NCBI GenBank assembly: GCA_910583735.1
Contig: CAJTXS010000003.1
Location: 35,457 to 99,456 of the forward strand
Length of the DNA stretch: 64,000 nucleotides
Direction of reading: 5' to 3'
Origin: an uncultured Christensenella sp.
GTDB taxonomy: Bacteria; Bacillota; Clostridia; Christensenellales; UBA3700
Shown here in pieces: positions 9,746-18,652 of this stretch. Position numbers and translations under genes: made by a program. The number at the start of each line of letters is the position of its first letter. Position 1 is the stretch's first letter. A model generated the notes under the pieces. It made no database searches, had not been told where the DNA came from, and was given only the letters and a program-made list of their open reading frames with translations.

Positions 9746-10639
9746 ATGTCAGACGTAATCAGAATAGAAAATTGTCGCGTAATGCAAGAAGTCAACTCGC
9801 CGTCCACATACAGAGGCGGCGGCGTCATAGAGACCGTAATATATCCGCTGCATGTGGCGGGAGCGGCAAGGGCAAGCGTTGCGCTCAAGCAAAACGGCTG
9901 GGAGCTTATAGGCGGATGTAGCAATACTTTGATTGCAGACGGCGTGCTTAATACGCCTGTGGTGTCCACCAAGCGATTGAAGGGCGTGCTGAACTGCGTA
10001 AACAATCTGTATGTCTATGCTGGCGAGAAGTTGCCCAAGGTATGCTCTATTGCCGCCGAATACGCGCTCAGCGGACTGGAAGAGCTAAGCGGTATACCTG
10101 GCAGCATAGGCGGCGGCGTTATTATGAATTGCGGCTGTTTCGGGCGCGACATGTCGCAGGTAGTGGAATATGTGGATATAGCAATCGACGGCGTAGTAGA
10201 GCGGCTGTACTCTTGCGACATCGATTGGGGATACCGTCACAGCGGGCTGGAAAAGCGCGGAATAGTAGTGGGTGTAATGCTCAAGCTGTCGCACTCCTCG
10301 ACCGACCAAATTAAGAAAGTAATGGCCGTGTATAAGGCAAGGCGAGCGCATCAGCCCAAGCGCCCCTCGCTCGGCAGCACATTTAAGCAAGTGGACGGCG
10401 TGTCCGCGGGATATTATATAGAGCAAGCAGGTCTTAAAGGCTTGGCATTGGGCGGCGCGCAGATTTCGCCCCAGCACGCAGGCTTTATCATCAATACGGG
10501 CGGCGGAACCGCAAGCGATTACCTGGGGCTCGTGTCTAAGGCAAAGAAAGCCGTTAAGGATAAGTTCGGAGTGGAGTTGGAGGAGGAAATAAAGTTTATT
10601 TCTAACCGCCAAACGAAATACTCGACGCAGCAAGCATAA
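9746..10639 (+). CDS. murB: UDP-N-acetylenolpyruvoylglucosamine reductase
   Basis: 297 aa. FAD-binding N-terminal part (GGCSNTLIADGV) and MurB C-terminal motifs (PSLGSTFKQ, ISPQHAGFIINTGGGTASD). Confidence 0.9.
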   Translation: MSDVIRIENCRVMQEVNSPSTYRGGGVIETVIYPLHVAGAARASVALKQNGWELIGGCSNTLIADGVLNTPVVSTKRLKGVLNCVNNLYVYAGEKLPKVCSIAAEYALSGLEELSGIPGSIGGGVIMNCGCFGRDMSQVVEYVDIAIDGVVERLYSCDIDWGYRHSGLEKRGIVVGVMLKLSHSSTDQIKKVMAVYKARRAHQPKRPSLGSTFKQVDGVSAGYYIEQAGLKGLALGGAQISPQHAGFIINTGGGTASDYLGLVSKAKKAVKDKFGVELEEEIKFISNRQTKYSTQQA

Positions 10640-10865
10640 TTTGGAAGTGATTGTGTAGTGCGTCTCGTATTTGCGGTTACTTGGAAGAGACAACTATCCA
10701 TTACAAGGACAGTTTTCTCTCTTTTACGCGCATAGATTGGCATAAGACTAATTATCATAGCGCGTAAAATTCACTCTTTCCAAAATAAAAATACTTTGCT
10801 CGCACCGCTCGTATTTTTCGCGGTGACGCTTGCAAAAAGCGTGGTTTTTGCGCGCTTTGGAATTT
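10604..10865. repeat. Tandem structured repeat, unit A (overlaps the murB 3' end and terminator)
   Basis: Shares order and motifs with unit B 262 bp downstream: AACCGC(C) helix, GACGCA, hairpin with ATTAYAA loop plus T-run, TTAYGCGC/GCGCRTAA stem, ACGCTTGCAAAAA..TTTTTGCGCGC. Confidence 0.6.
10684..10725 (+). terminator. murB terminator hairpin (first copy of the duplicated hairpin)
   Basis: GAAGAGACAACTATCC - loop ATTACAA - GGACAGTTTTCTCTC followed by TTTT, about 45 nt after the murB stop. Confidence 0.65.
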
Positions 10866-11127
10866 AACCGCCGGGCGCAACACAAGACGGACGCAACTTA
10901 TCTATAAGCGTAGTTAAATTACTTGCTTGTGTTGGCGGTTACCGGGAGGGGACACCACACATTATAAGTGTGGTTTCCCCTCTTTTTATGCGCGTAATAA
11001 GTGATAGGACTAATAAGAGTAGCGCATAAAAATTCACCCCTTCCATATAAAAATGCGCTCGCGCATTTTAGATGTTACGCTTGCAAAAAATGTGATTTTT
11101 GCGCGCTCTATCACAACTTCAACAGAT
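10866..11127. repeat. Tandem structured repeat, unit B (noncoding)
   Basis: Diverged copy of unit A. Its hairpin GAGGGGACACCACAC-ATTATAA-GTGTGGTTTCCCCTC plus TTTTT lies at 10946-10987. Stems differ from unit A but remain complementary. Confidence 0.6.
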
Positions 11128-11219
11128 AACATTTAATGCCCCGCAGGGATAGCGAGCGAAAACGACGCTTTTTGTGAGCGATACATTGAAAATGCGGAAG
11201 CATTTTACGGAGGGGTGCC

Positions 11220-11294
11220 AACGAGGGGAAACGCGTAGCAAATAAGCACGGATATTCCGTGCTTATTGTCTGCGTTTAAGCGGTGCCCCTCGTT
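11220..11294 (-). terminator. Long nested hairpin just downstream of the rubrerythrin stop (probable terminator)
   Basis: Nested inverted repeats AACGAGGGG/CCCCTCGTT, AAACGC/GCGTTT and AATAAGCACGG/CCGTGCTTATT. There is no clean U-tract. Confidence 0.45.
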
Positions 11295-11299
11295 ACAAT

Positions 11300-11884
11300 T
11301 TAATCTTCTATATTAATCAGCACCGCGCCCTGTACTGCCTGACACAGCGGGCACTGCTGCCATGCCTCTTTGGATGTGGACTCGTAACCGCAATCGCCGC
11401 ACTTCCACTTGACGGGTGTATCGCTCTTGTACATGGTATCGTTCTTGAGTTGATTATACAGCTGTGTGAAGAGCTTCTGATGGCAGGACTCTACCTGCTG
11501 CAAATTCTCGAACAGTCCCGCTATATCGCGGAAACCTTCGTCGTGAGCGACCTTGGCGAAGCTGCCGTACACCTCTACTTCCGCTTCCTCGTCGTCGGCT
11601 GCGAACTTGAGATTGTCGAGCAAATTCCACTTCTCCTTGAAGGGGAAGCCCGAATGAATGTCTATATTGTTAATGGTGCCTTTATCCGCCGACTGAATGA
11701 AAGTATACAGCATGCGAGCGTGCTGGAACTCGTTGTAAATTACGTCGTTGATAAGGTTGGACATCGCCTTATAGCCCTCTGTCTGCGCGCCGTAAGATAC
11801 GAACTTGTATCTGGTGAGCGCCATGCACTCGCCCGCGTAAGCCTTGGCTAAATTGATATAGGTGTTACTGTCTTTAAGTTGCAT
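11300..11884 (-). CDS. rbr: Rubrerythrin
   Basis: Ferritin-like diiron domain (E..H motifs, e.g. YNEFQHARML) plus a C-terminal rubredoxin-type CxxC...CxxC (KCGDCGY...CPLCQA). Start moved to the ATG at 11884 (MQLKD), which is preceded by GGAGG. Confidence 0.9.
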   Translation of the reverse strand: MQLKDSNTYINLAKAYAGECMALTRYKFVSYGAQTEGYKAMSNLINDVIYNEFQHARMLYTFIQSADKGTINNIDIHSGFPFKEKWNLLDNLKFAADDEEAEVEVYGSFAKVAHDEGFRDIAGLFENLQQVESCHQKLFTQLYNQLKNDTMYKSDTPVKWKCGDCGYESTSKEAWQQCPLCQAVQGAVLINIED

Positions 11885-12005
11885 AAATAACCTCCGCAAT
11901 AAATAATGACGTCTTGAGTATTGACGGCGCCTAAGCAAAATATACAAAAAAAAAGAGACGGCTGTCTCGTCCGTCTCCCTGATATCCGTTAAGCCGATAA
12001 TCCGC

Positions 12006-13319
12006 TCAGCACTTAAACGCTTTATAGATAGCGTTGATTGCCTTGCCGTAGTCGCGGCTGTCTACGGCGACAATGATGTTGAGCTCGCTGCTGCCCTGAT
12101 CTATCATGCGCAGATTGACGCCTGCGCCCGAGAGCGCGCCGCATAGCTTAGCCGCCGTGCCGAGGTTGGATTTCATGCCGTGTCCGACGGTTGCGATAAG
12201 GCATATACCGCTCTTAATCTTAATGTGGTCGGGCGCGACCGCCTTGGTAATCCTATCGAGCAGCACGCTCTCTCTGCCTGCGATGCTGCTGTCGGACACG
12301 ACTATGCTGAGCGTATCGATGCCGCTGGGCATGTGCTCGAAAGATATGTTATACTGCTCGAGCACGGACAGTATCTTGCGCACGAAGCCGTACTCGTTGT
12401 TCATCATTGACTTCTCGATATAGATGATGCTGTATCCCGTCTTGCCCGCGATACCCGTTACGGTATCGGTGACCTCGCTGTCCTTAACTTCGGGCACGAT
12501 TAGCGTGCCGCTCTCCTCGGGCGCGAATGTGTTGCGGATATTGATGGGTATACCGCTCGAGCGCACGGGGAATATGGACTCGTGATGCAAGACGTTGGCG
12601 CCCATGTAGGCAAGCTCTCTAAGCTCCTTATAAGACAGCTTGGATATGAGCTTGGGATTGTCTACCACACGCGGATCTGCGCTGAGAAAGCCGTTGACAT
12701 CCGTCCAGTTTTCATACATATCGGCTTTGACCGCCTCTGCAATGAGCGCGCCCGTGATGTCCGAGCCGCCTCTGCTGAAGGTGTGCACGGTGCCGTGTTC
12801 GTCCGCTCCGTAGAAGCCCGGTATTACCGCGCGGGGCGTATCTGCAAGTTTTGCCTGTAGAGCGGAGCGCGTGGACGCCGCGTCAAACTCTCCGTCGCAG
12901 GTGAATACCACCACGTCAGCCGCGTCAACGAACTCGTATCCCAATGCCGCCGCCATAATTACGCCGCTGAGATACTCTCCGCGAGACGCGCAATACGATG
13001 TGCTGCGATATTTATATATGCCCTCTTTAACCTTGTCGAGGTAAGGGGTAATGTCCAAGCTGAGTCCGAGGTCGGCGCATATGCCGATAAAGCGCTCGCG
13101 AATCTTGGCAAAAGTGTCCTCGCAAGTTCCGTCCAACTCCAGCTCATGACAGCAGGCATATAACATATCGGTGACCTTGGTGTCTTGAGAAAAGCGCTTG
13201 CCGGGCGCGGAAACTACTACGTAGCGACGACTTTCTTCCGCCTTGATGATATTGGCAGAACGCGTGATTGCGGAAGCGTCCGCCATTGACGTGCCGCCGA
13301 ATTTAGCGACTTTAATCAT
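12006..13319 (-). CDS. Aspartate kinase
   Basis: 437 aa. N-terminal VAKFGGTSMADA kinase motif and C-terminal ACT-like region. The start overlaps the upstream stop (ATGA). Confidence 0.9.
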   Translation of the reverse strand: MIKVAKFGGTSMADASAITRSANIIKAEESRRYVVVSAPGKRFSQDTKVTDMLYACCHELELDGTCEDTFAKIRERFIGICADLGLSLDITPYLDKVKEGIYKYRSTSYCASRGEYLSGVIMAAALGYEFVDAADVVVFTCDGEFDAASTRSALQAKLADTPRAVIPGFYGADEHGTVHTFSRGGSDITGALIAEAVKADMYENWTDVNGFLSADPRVVDNPKLISKLSYKELRELAYMGANVLHHESIFPVRSSGIPINIRNTFAPEESGTLIVPEVKDSEVTDTVTGIAGKTGYSIIYIEKSMMNNEYGFVRKILSVLEQYNISFEHMPSGIDTLSIVVSDSSIAGRESVLLDRITKAVAPDHIKIKSGICLIATVGHGMKSNLGTAAKLCGALSGAGVNLRMIDQGSSELNIIVAVDSRDYGKAINAIYKAFKC

Positions 13320-14566
13320 AAATCTATCTCCTCGGCGCGCAACGAAACGCTGTCGTCTATGAGGCGCGCCTCCATGTAATATCTTTTATCTTTGCCCTCT
13401 CCCATGGAGAAAGACTTGCGCGGCAGTACGCCGCGAGTTATGACCGAGCGGAACAAGTCGTCCTTGGATATGAGCGGCATAATAATTGCCGTGCCGCCGC
13501 AACTTGCCGCGATGTCCATAGTATCTCTTGCGCCGTGAATATAGTCGGTGGCGCAGCCCGATATAGAGCAATAGTCGTCTATCACGCGCTGTATCGCATC
13601 TATCGCGGCAGCTGCGTCGCTCGGTACGGAAAGGGGCAATACCCTGCCGCAGGCGTAAGCCTTGACGCTGCTCTCTCCGCCGAGACGCGAGCGCGCGTAT
13701 TCGGCGAACTCGCCCGCCTTATCGAATACCACTCTGTGTATGGGCTCGAACTCCAGCGAAGCGTCGTGCAACGATACCAGCTCGCACAGGGCGTATCTTG
13801 CGGGATGTCCCTTAAGCCTGTCGGAGGGGAGCTCGCGCTTTAGCTTGTCCCAACACACCTTGGCTGTGGCAAGCGAATGATTGCCGTCTCCTACGGCGAA
13901 AGCGATGCCGTCCTCTGTGCCGTACTTAGCCGTAAAGGCGGATGGCATAGAGAGGGACGAAAGGTATGCGTCTATCTTGGCGTCGCAGCTTAGCGCGTAA
14001 CCTGTAAGATGTCCGCCGTCCATGTTCAACTCGGTGTCGTACAGGACATCGCCGCGTAGCAAGTCAAGCTCTCTCATGAAGTCCTTGCCGCCGTCCATGA
14101 GCAGCATTATATGAGGCAACTCGAGCGCCGCGCCGTCTCTGATATCCACTCTTACGGGCAGACGCTCGGTAACGGTCTTTTCCGTAGCGCGGATAAGCGA
14201 GGTCGAAGATGGGGAAAAGTCGTATTCCTCGAGGTCGACTTCGCACATAAGCCCCAGCCTTTCCTTGCCGCTGCGAGTGACGCGTCTTACAAGGATGTAG
14301 CCGTCATGCCTTACGAGTGCGCCATTGTCTATGTACTCGCGCATAGTGGCGCGTATGGACACGGCGCGCTGCTGCTTGTCGCGCTTGTCGAGATAAACCT
14401 CGGGAAATGTAAGAGAAAGAGTGGACGGAGCGTCCCCAACTATCTGCTCGAGCCGCTCCCAATACTCGGGTTGAGAGGTGAACTGGTCGCAGGCGATGAC
14501 GCTCCACTTAAACAGATCCGTTCCCTTAGCAGGAAGCAGACAGGACGGTCTGCGAATTAAACTCAT
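13316..14566 (-). CDS. DUF1015-family protein (unknown function)
   Basis: 416 aa. The family call comes from remembered patterns (WSVIACDQFTSQPEYWE near the N-terminus, GDGNHSLATAK mid-protein). It is translationally coupled on both sides by ATGA overlaps. Confidence 0.6.
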   Translation of the reverse strand: MSLIRRPSCLLPAKGTDLFKWSVIACDQFTSQPEYWERLEQIVGDAPSTLSLTFPEVYLDKRDKQQRAVSIRATMREYIDNGALVRHDGYILVRRVTRSGKERLGLMCEVDLEEYDFSPSSTSLIRATEKTVTERLPVRVDIRDGAALELPHIMLLMDGGKDFMRELDLLRGDVLYDTELNMDGGHLTGYALSCDAKIDAYLSSLSMPSAFTAKYGTEDGIAFAVGDGNHSLATAKVCWDKLKRELPSDRLKGHPARYALCELVSLHDASLEFEPIHRVVFDKAGEFAEYARSRLGGESSVKAYACGRVLPLSVPSDAAAAIDAIQRVIDDYCSISGCATDYIHGARDTMDIAASCGGTAIIMPLISKDDLFRSVITRGVLPRKSFSMGEGKDKRYYMEARLIDDSVSLRAEEIDL

Positions 14567-15420
14567 AAGAATTTGTGCTCCTTGACGCGCTCCTTGCGAG
14601 GGCGGGCGGATATGCCGAACGCCTGCTCTATCTGTTCGGACAGCGAGTCGGGAGTCATGTATCTCTTGATTTTACCGCTCATTACGGTGGATATTACGCC
14701 CGTCTCTTCGCTTACGACGATGGCGAAAATATCGTTGTTCTCCTCGGTGATGCCGATAGCCGCGCGGTGACGCGTGCCCAGCTCTTTAGCGATATTGACC
14801 TCTTGCGACAGGGGCAGGAAGCAGCCTGCGGCAAGTATCTTATTGCCCTTGACCACTACCGCGCCGTCGTGCAAAGGCGCGCGAGTGTTGAATATGCTCT
14901 CGAGCAGTCCGCACGATATGCCGGCATTGAGCATCGTGCCCGTCTCGAGAATGTGCGAAGGCACCGAATCCTTGCAGATGATGATGATTGCGCCGACGTT
15001 GTTCTTAGCCATGTTCTGACATGCGCGCACTATCTCGTCGGAGCCTGCCTTCATCTCCTCGTAGGTGGTGTCCACCTCGCTGCTCTTGCTGCCGCGCTCG
15101 CCCAAATGCGCGAGCTTGCTAAAGCTGACCTTGAGGTCTGTCTGATACACTACGATAAACGAGCCGACCATGAACATTCCCACGACCGACAGTATTATCT
15201 TAGTGACATACAGATAGCCGAACAGACCGTTGACTACCCACACTACGCAATACAGCAGTAAAAATGCGGAAAAGATGAGAGCGAGCTTAATACTGTTGCG
15301 ACGCTTAAAGAATATGAGCACAAGCACCGCGACCGCGAGCAAGACCAAAATGTCTATTGCCATGGTCCAGTTGAGATTGAGCAAATATTCGTGCGCCGAA
15401 TTGGCTGCCGCTAAAATCAT
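14563..15420 (-). CDS. cdaA: Diadenylate cyclase CdaA (c-di-AMP synthase)
   Basis: 285 aa. Three N-terminal TM helices followed by a DAC domain with motifs PLHDGAVVV and GTRHRAAIGITE. Confidence 0.9.
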   Translation of the reverse strand: MILAAANSAHEYLLNLNWTMAIDILVLLAVAVLVLIFFKRRNSIKLALIFSAFLLLYCVVWVVNGLFGYLYVTKIILSVVGMFMVGSFIVVYQTDLKVSFSKLAHLGERGSKSSEVDTTYEEMKAGSDEIVRACQNMAKNNVGAIIIICKDSVPSHILETGTMLNAGISCGLLESIFNTRAPLHDGAVVVKGNKILAAGCFLPLSQEVNIAKELGTRHRAAIGITEENNDIFAIVVSEETGVISTVMSGKIKRYMTPDSLSEQIEQAFGISARPRKERVKEHKFL

Positions 15421-15615
15421 TATTTATTCACCTCGGACGTAAATATTATATGCATTAAGATGACTTATGGCACATTCGTATATAATATTTTAGCCTAAAA
15501 CTATAATAAAAATAAAGTAAATTGCGCTATAAATTACATAAAGCCGACATATAACGCCGACTTTATACTTAAATTGCGCTTATACGCTATCACGCCGAGC
15601 GGCGGAGAGGCTGCG

Positions 15616-17067
15616 TCAATCGAAATCTTCGAAAATTTTGCCGTTGTCCTCGTATTCCTCGAAAGGCGAAGCGCCGCCAGGTGTATTGCCGTTACCGGGA
15701 GAAGGGGGCGTCTTGCTTGCCGCCGCGGCAAGCCTCTCCGCATTCTTGCGATTGGCTACAAAGTAAGCTATCACGAGCGACACGATAGAGGCAATCAAGA
15801 TGCCCAGTCCCGTATAGTATAGCGCGGTAGCTGCGGAAGAGAGGGATTTGAGCTCCTTGTCCGCGAGCGCGAGCGCGTCGCCGAGCAGTCGTCCGTTATC
15901 TCCGGTAAGCGTGCTTGTAATGCTCGCCACCACTGCGCCGAGCTTGCCCGCTATTGCCTGCTTGCCCTTATCTCCGCCGCCCGAGACCAACACCATATTT
16001 TCAAGCGTGTCGCCGTCGGTGAGCGCGCAGTTGGAGAATCCCTCGTATTCGGTATAGCCGGGATTGCTTACGTCGCTCCAGTCGAGCGAGAGATATGTGA
16101 GCGTGGGCACGCCCTTATTCATCGATACGAGCGAGTCGTTGAGCATGCCTATATGCAACGTCCCCGTAGGAGAGCCCAACCTGCCGCTTACCGTGACGGC
16201 ATAGTCCGCGGAGAATGCTCGCTTATATTCGGGCACGTCCTTAAAGTCCAAGCCGTTGACCTCGGCTGCTTCATAGAAGAGATTGTTATAAGAAGTGGCC
16301 TTGTCGTACGAGTACATATAGTTGTTTTTGCCGCCGCCGAGGCGCCACAGATTAATCGCAAGACTTATATTGTTCGCCATGCCCAGGCGCTCGAGCGTGG
16401 CGTACATTCTGCTCGCTCCGTACCAGCCGTAATATACCGCTCCGTCCGCAACAACGGTAGAGGCGGACAGCAGAGAGAATATCACGTTGTACTCGCAAGT
16501 CATGCCGCTCATCTCCTGCGCCGTGCGGAGCAAGACGGCTACAGCCGCAGCATTGTCGTAAGCGCCCGTAGCCGATACGATGTGCCTGCCCAAATCGCTG
16601 CCGAAAAGGTTGTCGTAATGCGCGCTGATTATTACCGTGCCGAGCGGTCTGTCCGTGTCTGCGGGACGGCGGAAGTAGAGATTGAGAGAATCTGTCTTCT
16701 GCTTCTCGGCAACGATATCGGTGTCCGCCTTAAAGGCGTCCGCGCCGATTATCGCATCGCCTTCGCCTGCGGGCATATATTTCATATCGCCGCCGTTGAC
16801 CTTAAGCGGCTGCAGTCCGTAAGATAAGAGCTTGCGCGACAGATACTGCGCCGCGGGATACGAGCCTGCGGACGCGTAGTTGCGGTCGGTGTAGGCGCAG
16901 AACTCTTCGAGCAACTCAAACGTAGTCATATCGGATACGATATCTTGAGCGTTATCCGACTTGGTCGCGCCGAAGTCTTTACGGGCGTAAGAGCACGCCG
17001 ACAGTCCGACAAGCGCGGATACGGAAAGGAGAGCTATTAAAATCAAAAGAAAATTCTTCTTGCGCAT
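15616..17067 (-). CDS. Lipoprotein with M28-like peptidase domain and C-terminal membrane anchor
   Basis: 483 aa. Lipobox LSAC, ISAHYDN motif reminiscent of M28 aminopeptidases, C-terminal TM helix and a Pro/Gly-rich tail. The family call is tentative. Confidence 0.5.
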   Translation of the reverse strand: MRKKNFLLILIALLSVSALVGLSACSYARKDFGATKSDNAQDIVSDMTTFELLEEFCAYTDRNYASAGSYPAAQYLSRKLLSYGLQPLKVNGGDMKYMPAGEGDAIIGADAFKADTDIVAEKQKTDSLNLYFRRPADTDRPLGTVIISAHYDNLFGSDLGRHIVSATGAYDNAAAVAVLLRTAQEMSGMTCEYNVIFSLLSASTVVADGAVYYGWYGASRMYATLERLGMANNISLAINLWRLGGGKNNYMYSYDKATSYNNLFYEAAEVNGLDFKDVPEYKRAFSADYAVTVSGRLGSPTGTLHIGMLNDSLVSMNKGVPTLTYLSLDWSDVSNPGYTEYEGFSNCALTDGDTLENMVLVSGGGDKGKQAIAGKLGAVVASITSTLTGDNGRLLGDALALADKELKSLSSAATALYYTGLGILIASIVSLVIAYFVANRKNAERLAAAASKTPPSPGNGNTPGGASPFEEYEDNGKIFEDFD

Positions 17068-17074
17068 ACTCCCC

Positions 17075-17632
17075 TCACAGCACCATGATTATCACGTTGA
17101 GCAACGTGACGGATGAGATACAGAACCATAAGTTGTCCTTGCCGCATTTGCGTACGAGAAGCGCCGTAGCAATCAATATCGCCGCCAGCGAGAACAGCAC
17201 GCTTAACAGATAAGACGAGCCGACGAGCACCGCGGGATAGAATACGTTGAGCAGCTCGAATATACCGCCGAGCAATCCCGCCGCTATCACAGGCCAGTCG
17301 TAAAAAGTGCGGAACGAGTTGTAATCGACGCCCGTCTCGCCCACAAACAGCAACTTACGCTGCAAGGCGATGTAGGCAAAGCGCGCTGCCGCAGAATAAA
17401 TCGCGTACATGATGAAGCCCATCGCAATGCCCGAGAAAATCACGGACAGCAGCGCTACTTTTGCGGAAAAGCCGAGCGCGCCGAATGCGGATAGATAAAA
17501 TGAATCGTACGTCTGTTGCAGTCTCGACATATTGCCGAATACGAAAGTGAGCACGAGCATAATTCTGCCCGCCCACAGCGAAACGGTGGGCTTAAGCCTG
17601 GTATTGACGGGTATGAACTTATTGATATACAT
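17075..17632 (-). CDS. Hypothetical integral membrane protein
   Basis: 185-aa ORF with several hydrophobic helices and tight spacing to its neighbours. No recognisable motif. Confidence 0.6.
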   Translation of the reverse strand: MYINKFIPVNTRLKPTVSLWAGRIMLVLTFVFGNMSRLQQTYDSFYLSAFGALGFSAKVALLSVIFSGIAMGFIMYAIYSAAARFAYIALQRKLLFVGETGVDYNSFRTFYDWPVIAAGLLGGIFELLNVFYPAVLVGSSYLLSVLFSLAAILIATALLVRKCGKDNLWFCISSVTLLNVIIMVL

Positions 17633-17635
17633 ATG

Positions 17636-18601
17636 CTAAGTTGTGGCCTCCATGAGGCGACCTATTGCGAGGTCGAGCGCGCTGTCTGCACTTAGCTTAC
17701 CGCTCTTGAAGTGGAATTCCAAGTCGTTAAGACTGTCGGACAGCGCCTTGAGCCGAGTGGCGGAATAGCCCGCGGCTACTCTCTTAAGCCTGCGCACGGC
17801 ATACGCGCCTATTCCTAAGGCGGCTGCCAAAGCGGACTCGTCGAGCGAAGATATGCGCACGTGCAAAAGATTGCGATATGCGCCCGACAGCACTCGCAGA
17901 AGGTACGCGGGGGCTGCGCCCGACGCATAGAGCTGCGCAAGTATGTCGGCTGCCGCGTCTTTTCTGCCCGAAGAGAGCGCGTCGGTCAGCTCGTACGCCT
18001 TGGCGTGGGCGTCGGGGGCGACCATCAGCGAAATCAAGTTGCCGTCTACGGCATTGCCTGCGGGGGCGTAAGCTGCGAGTTTATCTATCTCGCGGCATAT
18101 GCGACCCAAGTCGCCCGAGCAATAGCTTATTAGCTTAGTCACGGCGGAGCTGTCCGCGTTAAGTCCCGCGGCTGCAAATTTATCGCGCGCTATCTGCGTC
18201 ACTCTCGCTTCCGAAACCGCGGCGCAAGACACGGTAACCGCGTACTCGGATATAAAGCCGAATATGCCCGCGGTATCGCATATGATGAGGCGGTTGCCTT
18301 CGGCAGGCGCGTCGCAGTACAGGCAAAGCGCCTTGGCGTCCGCTGCGACAACTTTTGTCTTGCGGTTGCGCACTATAGCGACATTGCCGTCGCCCGTGAA
18401 AGAATAACAGTTGAGATAAGATATTAGTTCGGAAATATTGTCGCAGGGGTCGAATACGCGTATGCGGTATTCCCTCTCTGCCACGGGGATATCGGAAGTG
18501 AGCGCGCTCAGCGAGTGCGCTATCCAGTACGCGTCGTCCCCGGTAAGCAACGTAACAGGCGCTATAGCGCTGTCTGCATTGAGCTCATAAGCATCTATCA
18601 C
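17636..18601 (-). CDS. holA: DNA polymerase III subunit delta
   Basis: 321 aa. The position after comEC matches the usual Firmicute comEC-holA synteny. Delta-like length and helical C-terminal domain. Confidence 0.7.
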   Translation of the reverse strand: MIDAYELNADSAIAPVTLLTGDDAYWIAHSLSALTSDIPVAEREYRIRVFDPCDNISELISYLNCYSFTGDGNVAIVRNRKTKVVAADAKALCLYCDAPAEGNRLIICDTAGIFGFISEYAVTVSCAAVSEARVTQIARDKFAAAGLNADSSAVTKLISYCSGDLGRICREIDKLAAYAPAGNAVDGNLISLMVAPDAHAKAYELTDALSSGRKDAAADILAQLYASGAAPAYLLRVLSGAYRNLLHVRISSLDESALAAALGIGAYAVRRLKRVAAGYSATRLKALSDSLNDLEFHFKSGKLSADSALDLAIGRLMEATT

Positions 18602-18652
18602 CGACGCATCCCCCTTAATGTTAATCGCTGCGCATTTCGCACGCGGACGGAC

